A stretch of DNA of 64,000 nt, taken from assembly GCA_963701085.1 (NCBI GenBank), contig OY969561.1, forward strand, positions 128,001 through 192,000. The letters run 5' to 3'. Source of the DNA: an uncultured bacterium. GTDB lineage: Bacteria > Babelota > Babeliae > Babelales > Vermiphilaceae. A model generated the notes under the pieces. It ran no database searches and was not told the DNA's origin. It worked only from the letters and a program-made list of their open reading frames with translations. Positions 57,438 through 64,000 of this stretch are shown here, piece by piece; position 1 is the stretch's first letter, and each line of letters begins with the position of its first letter. Position numbers and translations under genes: made by a program.

Positions 57438-58764
57438 GTGGTGCTCCTCAGAAACTTTCTTAACATGTTTAATATCCCTGAATTGCGTAAAAAAATTATT
57501 TTTACGTTTGGGAATATTAGTAATCTATCGATTAGGTAATCACATACCAGTGATTGGCGTTGATATTGACAAGCTTTTACAAATGATGAATCAGAGTACG
57601 GGTCTAAGTGGTTTTTTTTCATACATAGATCTTTTTTCTGGGGGGAACTTACGACAATGTACTTTATTTGCTCTTGGTATTAGCCCATATATTACGGCTT
57701 CTATTATGATGCAATTTTTAACCCTTTCTCTACCTACCCTTGAGCAATTAAGTAAAGAGGGTGAGTATGGCCGTAAGATTATTAATCAATACACGCGATA
57801 TTTGACAGTCCTTGTAGCAATGGTTCAGAGCACAGGGTTTGTGTTTCTTCTTGAGCGATATGGGTTAGTTATTGATCCGTGGATTGGCTCAAGAATTTTA
57901 TTTGTCATCTCATTGTCTGTAGGCACGGTGTTCGTCATGTGGCTGGGGGAACAAATATCGATCTTTGGCATTGGCAATGGAACGTCAATGATCATTTTTG
58001 CTGGAATTGTTGCCCGTTTTCCTGATGATATCATCAAAGTATTGGGTGCTGTTCAAGAAGGATACTTAGACATTATGATTGGTATTCTTATATTCGCTAT
58101 AGTTCTTGCTATGGCGGCAGCTATTGTTTTCCTTGAAAAGGGAGAGCGTAAGATTCCTGTTCAGTACGCACGGCGAGTTATTGGTAATAAGACATATGGT
58201 GGGCAAAGTACGTATATACCATTTAAGATTAATCCTGCGGGTGTTATGCCGGTCATTCTTGCGAGTGCTATGCTGAATATACCAATGTTCGCATTGACAA
58301 TGCTTGCTATGAAATGGCCGTTTTTTAAATCAGTATCAGAAAGTTTGACACCGGGAGGATTGGCCCACGGTATTTTAGATTTTTTTCTTATTATTGGTTT
58401 TTCATTTTTTTATACAGCTTTGGTTTTTAATCCTGAAGAGCTTGCGGATAATATCAAAAAGGGTGGTGGTTTCATTCCTGGGATTCGTCCTGGTAAGCAA
58501 ACAGCTGATTTCTTTAGCTATATATTGACCCGTATCGGGTTAGTTGGAGCTTTCTATCTTGCTGCTCTTGCGCTTGTTCCAAGTATAATTCATTGGCTTT
58601 TAGCGATGCCTTTTTATTTATCAGGAATTTTGAGCGGTACGGCATTATTGATTGTTGTTGGCGTGGCGAATGAAACGGCAGCCCAGATTGAGTCATATTT
58701 GATTGAGCATCGTTATGAAGGCTTTTTGGCTTCAGGTAGATTAAAAGGTAGGGGCGGACGTTGA
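57438..58764 (+). CDS. secY: Preprotein translocase SecY, 1-nt frameshift near 57508
   Basis: IPELRKKI.FT upstream of the shift; LGI.PYITASI, GIGNG.S, PGIRPG..T, GT.LLI.VGV. Confidence 0.95.
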
Positions 58765-59444
58765 ATCAGGCAACTAATGTATTTATTTTTATTGGGCCTC
58801 CAGGCGCTGGAAAAGGATCTCTTGCGAGCCTTTGCGTAAAGCATTTTGATTGGTTACAAATTTCTACCGGAAATTTGTGTAGAAAACATATTGCTGAACA
58901 AACAAAAATAGGCAAAGAAATAGATTTAATTCTCAAATCTGGTAAATTAATAGAAGATGACCTTATAACTTTCATGGTTTTTGAATGGTTTAATGAGAAT
59001 GTTGATAAGTCATCGGGTATTATTTTTGATGGATATCCTCGAACGGTGGCTCAAGCTCAGGCATTTGATGCTATGCTGAAGGCACAGTTTCCAGCGGTGA
59101 GAGTACGAGTTATTTTGTTTAATCTTGATGATGATGTAGTTGTTAATAGATTATGTTCTCGTTATGTATGTCAAAATAAAGAGTGTCAGGCGGTTTATTC
59201 GCTTTCTCCTCACTCGGATCTTGCACCAGTTGAAACAACAGTATGTGATTTGTGCTCGGGCGTTCTTGGTAGAAGAGATGATGATAATGAGATAGCGGTA
59301 AGAAATCGTCTTGAGATTTATCATCGGCATGAGCAGCAATTGATTAGCTTTTATCAAGACAATGGTATTGAAATAATCACGTTGGATGCACGTAAGCCAT
59401 TGCGTGAAGTGTTTGAGAAATTTGTGCATATTGTAGGCGAATAA
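58761..59444 (+). CDS. adk: Adenylate kinase
   Basis: GPPGAGKG, ISTG, DGYPRT, zinc lid, R.DD. Confidence 0.95.
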   Translation: MNQATNVFIFIGPPGAGKGSLASLCVKHFDWLQISTGNLCRKHIAEQTKIGKEIDLILKSGKLIEDDLITFMVFEWFNENVDKSSGIIFDGYPRTVAQAQAFDAMLKAQFPAVRVRVILFNLDDDVVVNRLCSRYVCQNKECQAVYSLSPHSDLAPVETTVCDLCSGVLGRRDDDNEIAVRNRLEIYHRHEQQLISFYQDNGIEIITLDARKPLREVFEKFVHIVGE

Positions 59445-59459
59445 TAAATACGTAGATAT

Positions 59460-60242
59460 ATGATTCATATAAAAGATAAGCTTTCAATTCAAAAAATGGC
59501 CCAAGCCGGCTCTTTATTGTCTGATATTTTGGCTTCAGTAGAGCAGTTGGTTAAGCCAGGTGTTTCTACCGCTGAAATTGATGCGTGGATTGAATTGCAG
59601 TTAAAGGCAAAAGGGTTAGTCTCCAGCGTTAAGGGATACATGGGATATCGTCATGTCAGTTGTATTTCTGTCAACGATGTTGTTGTCCATGGAGTTCCTC
59701 GAGCCGATTGTTTTTTGAAATTGGGCGATTTGGTAAAAATTGATGTATGTGCTTCCTGGAATGGTTATTGTGCTGATATGGCACGAAGCTTTTTTGTTGG
59801 TCAACCATCCGATGTTGCGCAAAAGTTGGTTGATGTAGCGCATCTGGCGTTGAAAAAAGGAATTGATCAGGCGCGTGTGGGCAATAAATTGTCTGATATT
59901 TCAGCAGCAATACAGGAAGAAGTTGAAAAACATGGATTTGGTGTTGTGCGTGATTTTGCCGGACATGGGATTGGCAAAGACATGCACGAGGCTCCTGAGA
60001 TACTAAATTATGGAAAGCCTGGTAGAGGTCCTGTGTTGCGTGAAGGAATGACATTTGCAATTGAACCGATGATAACGGCTGGTAAATATCATGTATACGT
60101 TGCTGATGATGGGTGGACGGTTAAGACGGTTGATCATAGTTTGGCGGCACATGTAGAAGATACCATAGTTGTTACGAGTGCGGGACCAGTTATTTTAACA
60201 AGCAAGAGTTCTGAACAGCACAATAATACGAGTGTTTCATGA
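59460..60242 (+). CDS. map: Methionine aminopeptidase type I
   Basis: C.SVN.V..HG.P, GHGIG..MHE.P, IEPM, AH.E.T. Confidence 0.95.
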   Translation: MIHIKDKLSIQKMAQAGSLLSDILASVEQLVKPGVSTAEIDAWIELQLKAKGLVSSVKGYMGYRHVSCISVNDVVVHGVPRADCFLKLGDLVKIDVCASWNGYCADMARSFFVGQPSDVAQKLVDVAHLALKKGIDQARVGNKLSDISAAIQEEVEKHGFGVVRDFAGHGIGKDMHEAPEILNYGKPGRGPVLREGMTFAIEPMITAGKYHVYVADDGWTVKTVDHSLAAHVEDTIVVTSAGPVILTSKSSEQHNNTSVS

Positions 60243-60463
60243 AGCAAAAAGAAGAAGTTATACGAGTCGATGGAGTTGTGAAAGAAACATTGCCTAATGC
60301 AATGTTTCGAGTAGAAATTGAAGGCGGACATGTTGTGTTAGGGCACGTGTCAGGTAAGATGCGGATGCATTATATTCGTATTTTACCAGGTGATAGAGTT
60401 GCGTTAGAATTGTCTCCGTACGATCTAACACGTGGAAGAATTGTATTGCGATACAAGGATTAA
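60239..60463 (+). CDS. infA: Translation initiation factor IF-1
   Basis: [31 protein letters not shown]. Confidence 0.97.
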   Translation: MKQKEEVIRVDGVVKETLPNAMFRVEIEGGHVVLGHVSGKMRMHYIRILPGDRVALELSPYDLTRGRIVLRYKD

Positions 60464-60478
60464 GGCGAGAGGTTTATC

Positions 60479-60595
60479 ATGAAAGTTCGGACATCAGTAA
60501 AAGCTATTTGTAACGAGTGTCGTATTATTAAGCGCAAGGGCGTTGTTCGTGTGATTTGCAATAAGAGCCCTAAGCATAAACAACGACAAGGTTAG
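60479..60595 (+). CDS. rpmJ: 50S ribosomal protein L36 (missing from the ORF track)
   Basis: Manual translation [38 protein letters not shown]. Confidence 0.95.
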   Translation: MKVRTSVKAICNECRIIKRKGVVRVICNKSPKHKQRQG

Positions 60596-60611
60596 TAAGG
60601 GAACGTAGATT

Positions 60612-60995
60612 ATGGCCAGAATTGAAGGTGTTAATTTACCAGCAAATAAACGAGTAGAATATAGTCTACCGTATATTTTTGGAATAGGTCTTGCGGGTGC
60701 GCAAGATATTTTGACTAAGCTTAGTATCAATTTTGATACACGAGTAAAAGATTTGTCTGATGCTGAAATAGCGGCAATTCAAAAAGAAATTACTGACAAC
60801 TATAAAGTTGAAGGTGAGTTGCGCAAAGAAATTACGTTGAATATTAAGCGTCTACAAGAAATTGGTTCTTACAGAGGGTTGCGTCATAAACGTGGATTGC
60901 CGGTTCGTGGCCAACGTACAAAAACAAACGCACGTACACGTAAGGGTCCAAAGAAAAACCCAGTAGCGCTTAAACGTAAAGTAACCAAGAAATAA
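60612..60995 (+). CDS. rpsM: 30S ribosomal protein S13
   Basis: [22 protein letters not shown]. Confidence 0.97.
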   Translation: MARIEGVNLPANKRVEYSLPYIFGIGLAGAQDILTKLSINFDTRVKDLSDAEIAAIQKEITDNYKVEGELRKEITLNIKRLQEIGSYRGLRHKRGLPVRGQRTKTNARTRKGPKKNPVALKRKVTKK

Positions 60996-61019
60996 TAACG
61001 CAGTAAGGGTTTTCATTAC

Positions 61020-61403
61020 ATGGCTTACAAGAAAAAACCAAAAAAACAAAAACAAAAAATAGCATCAGCTATTGCGCATGTTAAATCAACATTTAACAAT
61101 ACCATTGTTTCAATTACAACAATGGAAGGCGATGTGCTGTTTTGTTCAAGCGCGGGACGCTTAGGATTTAAAGGGTCTCGTAAGAGTACTCCCTTTGCGG
61201 CATCGCAAATCGCATCTACCTTGGCAAAGGAAATGCAGCTCGTTGGAGTTAAAAATTTGGAAGTGAATATGCAAGGACCGGGATCTGGTAGAGATTCGGT
61301 TGTTCGTGCTTTCCAATCTGCAGGTATGACTGTTTCAATGTTGCGTGATGTTACACCATTACCACATAACGGCTGCCGAGCTCCTAAAAAACGACGTGTA
61401 TAA
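61020..61403 (+). CDS. rpsK: 30S ribosomal protein S11
   Basis: [30 protein letters not shown]. Confidence 0.97.
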   Translation: MAYKKKPKKQKQKIASAIAHVKSTFNNTIVSITTMEGDVLFCSSAGRLGFKGSRKSTPFAASQIASTLAKEMQLVGVKNLEVNMQGPGSGRDSVVRAFQSAGMTVSMLRDVTPLPHNGCRAPKKRRV

Positions 61404-61436
61404 AAGTTAATAATTTTTTTAGTGGGATAAAATGCC

Positions 61437-61988
61437 ATGGCAGTTGCAAGAGAAGAATCAACCGAAAAACAACAACAAAAAGCTCCGAGAAGAAAACTTT
61501 CCGAATATGGAAAGCAACTTCAAGAGAAGCAAAAAGTTAAAGAAATGTACGGATTGCGCGAGCGTCAGTTTAAACGTTTCTTTGCGGTAGCAAGTAAACA
61601 ACGTGATGGTGGGCCAGGTGAAAACTTGTTAAGCCTTCTTGAACGAAGATTAGACAATGTTGTCTATAAATTAAAAATGGCTACAACGCGTACACAAGCG
61701 CGTCAAGTCATTACGCACGGACATGTTCTGGTTAATGGGAAGAAAGTTTATTCTCCTTCCTTTTTAGTATCATCAGAAGATGTCATTTCGCTTTCTGAAC
61801 GTGTATCAAAAATGGAAACATTCTTGAAAGACGTTGTTGAAAAAAGAATGAAAATTGGCATTAAGGTGCCAGATTGGTTGGAATTAGACAAGAAAGACAG
61901 AATTGGTCGTGTTCTTCGTCTTCCAGTGCGTGCCGATATTCAAGTGCCAATCGTAGAGCATTTGATTGTAGAATTGTATTCTAAGTAA
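61437..61988 (+). CDS. rpsD: 30S ribosomal protein S4, short N-terminus
   Basis: SEYG.QL.EKQK...YG..ERQF, LERRLDN.V, ARQ...HGH, IVELYS. Confidence 0.95.
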   Translation: MAVAREESTEKQQQKAPRRKLSEYGKQLQEKQKVKEMYGLRERQFKRFFAVASKQRDGGPGENLLSLLERRLDNVVYKLKMATTRTQARQVITHGHVLVNGKKVYSPSFLVSSEDVISLSERVSKMETFLKDVVEKRMKIGIKVPDWLELDKKDRIGRVLRLPVRADIQVPIVEHLIVELYSK

Positions 61989-62023
61989 TAGATAGTTGAA
62001 AGTCCAGGCAAGCAGGAGGTTGA

Positions 62024-63064
62024 ATGACTAAGAATAGGGAATACAAACCACTTATCATTCCGCATTTGAAATGGGAAAAAAAGACGTTAAGTGAAACCTG
62101 CGGCGAATTAGTAGTTCAACCGCTTGAACCAGGTTTTGGAATAACGATTGGAAATTCGTTACGAAGAATTTTGCTCAGTGGCGTCGAAGGGTCTGCAATA
62201 ACATCAGTGATTATCAAGGGTGTTAATAATGAATTTTCAGCAATCCCTGGTGTTGTTGAAGATGCTATGCAGGTTGTTCTTAATATTAAGAATATTGTCA
62301 TTCGCAATAAAGAAGGCAAACCCGGAAAAATGCGTGTGATAAAAAAAGGCGAAGCTGAAGTACGTGTAACTGACATTGTTGCAGATGATCACCTTGAGTT
62401 AATCAATAAAGATTATGTCTTTGCGCATGTTGCTTTTGATGGCGAACTTGATATTGAGTTTTTTGTTGAATCCGGACGTGGATATCAGCAAGCTCAATGG
62501 CCAGTAGATAAGCCTTATCAAGATGATTTTCGAATTTATTTGGATGCAATGTTTTCTCCAATACGTAAAGTTATGTTTGATGTTGAAAAAACACGTGTTG
62601 GTGAAGCTATTGATTACGATAAACTTATTTTTCGTATTTATACAAATGGATCTGAAAATCCTGTTGATGCATTACATTATGCGGTTTCAGTTCTTCGTAC
62701 TCAGCTAGAACATTTTCTTGAAAGCACTGAAATTCCATTTAATGAAATATCTCGCCTTCCTGAAGAAAAAGTAGAAAAAATACCATTGAAGACAAATGAC
62801 GCAAGTCTTAAGGGCGTTCCTGTTGACTTGTTACTAAAACCAATTGAAGAGCTTGAGCTTTCTGTTCGAGCGCACAATTGCTTAATTAATGCTGGTATTA
62901 ATCGCGTTATCGATTTAGTTAACGTGGCTGAAGATGATGCACTGAAGATCAAAAATTTTGGTCGTAAGTCATTGAATGAAGTTAAAGAAAGCATGAAGGC
63001 ATTTGGACTTTCTTTTGGTATGAATATCAATGAAGAAAATGTTAAGAAGATCCTAGGTCAATAA
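62024..63064 (+). CDS. rpoA: RNA polymerase alpha subunit
   Basis: PLE.G.G.T.GN.LRR.LLS, DA.FSP, L.LSVRA.NCL, NFG.KSL.E. Confidence 0.97.
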   Translation: MTKNREYKPLIIPHLKWEKKTLSETCGELVVQPLEPGFGITIGNSLRRILLSGVEGSAITSVIIKGVNNEFSAIPGVVEDAMQVVLNIKNIVIRNKEGKPGKMRVIKKGEAEVRVTDIVADDHLELINKDYVFAHVAFDGELDIEFFVESGRGYQQAQWPVDKPYQDDFRIYLDAMFSPIRKVMFDVEKTRVGEAIDYDKLIFRIYTNGSENPVDALHYAVSVLRTQLEHFLESTEIPFNEISRLPEEKVEKIPLKTNDASLKGVPVDLLLKPIEELELSVRAHNCLINAGINRVIDLVNVAEDDALKIKNFGRKSLNEVKESMKAFGLSFGMNINEENVKKILGQ

Positions 63065-63065
63065 A

Positions 63066-63425
63066 ATGGTACATCAGAACGGTCGAAAAAAATTAAATCT
63101 TAAAGCACCTCATAGAAGAGCGATGCTCCGTAATCAAGCAATTCATTTGATTAACTACGGACATTTAGTTTCAACTAAAGCGCGTGTTAAAGAAACAAAA
63201 AAACTTGTTGAACGTGCGGTTACTATTGCACGTGAAGGTAACACGTTTAATGCACGTCGTCGTGTACACGCATTATTGCCATACGACGTAGATGCAGTTA
63301 TCAAATTATTTAAAGACATAGCTCCGCAATATGTTTCTCGTCCGGGTGGATATACTCGTATCATCCCTCTTGGTAAACGTATGAGCGATACCGCTACTGT
63401 CGCTCGTCTTGAGTGGGTTAAATAA
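63066..63425 (+). CDS. rplQ: 50S ribosomal protein L17
   Basis: HR.AML.N, RPGGYTRI; follows rpoA. Confidence 0.95.
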   Translation: MVHQNGRKKLNLKAPHRRAMLRNQAIHLINYGHLVSTKARVKETKKLVERAVTIAREGNTFNARRRVHALLPYDVDAVIKLFKDIAPQYVSRPGGYTRIIPLGKRMSDTATVARLEWVK

Positions 63426-63428
63426 AAT

Positions 63429-63692
63429 ATGGCTGATGAAGCTGTTAATCCTTTCTTAGACGAAAAAATTGAGCACATTAAAGACGTGCTCGAAAAGTTA
63501 CGCCCCGCCATCCTTAGTGATGGTGGGGATATTCATTTTGTACGTTTTGAAAATGGTACTGTTTTTGTTAAGCTGCATGGCGCATGCGTCAGCTGCCCTA
63601 TCTCCTTTATTACCCTCAAAATGGGCCTCGAAACTCAACTCAAAGAACAAGTCCCTGGCGTTGAATCCGTTGTCTCCGTTGACGATGAATAA
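63429..63692 (+). CDS. NifU/NfuA C-terminal domain Fe-S carrier
   Basis: RP....DGGD, L.GACxxCP.S..TLK.G.E. Confidence 0.9.
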   Translation: MADEAVNPFLDEKIEHIKDVLEKLRPAILSDGGDIHFVRFENGTVFVKLHGACVSCPISFITLKMGLETQLKEQVPGVESVVSVDDE

Positions 63693-63763
63693 ATAATACT
63701 TGTTTTTCCTTTTTTCTTTTTGACACATTCACATTGAAGTTGTTTATAAAAAAGGAAAAAAGT

Positions 63764-64000
63764 ATGAAAAATAGATTAATGATTATCTGCATCACCATGT
63801 GTGCTGTGTTGCAGATGTTTATTGCCGAAGGATATACGAGTCGCGAGGGATTCAGGTCAACAGCACAAATGAAAGAAAAAGAGTGGACTCCTGGGGTAAA
63901 TGATGCTTTGTTAACCGGGCAAAATGAACAGAGCGAGCTGAGTAATACAAGAAAAAACGCTCGATTAACTGGGCAGGCCGAAAAGGAAGAAAATGCTGAT
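63764..64000 (+). CDS. Secreted hypothetical protein, runs off the window end
   Basis: AAGGA RBS; MKNRLMIICITMCAVLQMFIA signal-like; frame open to 64000. Confidence 0.55.
   Translation, partial: MKNRLMIICITMCAVLQMFIAEGYTSREGFRSTAQMKEKEWTPGVNDALLTGQNEQSELSNTRKNARLTGQAEKEENAD

Noticed and set aside
52572-57520. Programmed ribosomal frameshifting in ribosomal protein genes
   Set aside because: There are several shifts per gene, no common slippery motif, and they cluster locally; sequencing error is more parsimonious.

Overview
AT-rich bacterial window. Many signal-peptide-bearing ankyrin, WD40 and F-box-like ORFs, a TrmD-SPOUT fusion and reduced ribosomal operons suggest an intracellular parasite of protists, plausibly Dependentiae/Babeliae (TM6); this is an inference. 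Layout: 0-15 kb is a cluster of secreted effector-like genes plus transport and housekeeping genes. 15-28 kb holds pcrA, a DUF6165/TPR-glycosyltransferase locus enclosing four tandem secreted paralogs, a type II TA pair and hflX. 28-44 kb is housekeeping (ffh-rpsP-khpA-trmD-rplS, murC, yidC, recR, pepP, rplM, rseP). 44-64 kb is the str/S10/spc/alpha ribosomal supercluster, with many indel-like frameshifts that are probably assembly errors. Three signals stand out. (1) Four related short palindromic repeat types (A-D) share a G/A-rich 3x3 internal loop, nest into each other at the same sites, and sit in frame inside MurC, PcrA and two glycosyltransferases, like Rickettsia palindromic elements. 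(2) Fourteen effector-like proteins have a signal peptide whose predicted cleavage exposes a new N-terminal Met, mostly M-[DENQ], often followed by F-box, BC-box or mitochondrial-presequence-like segments. (3) An orphan gene is flanked by a perfect 23-bp direct repeat containing a promoter. No rRNA, tRNA, CRISPR array or transposase was recognised.
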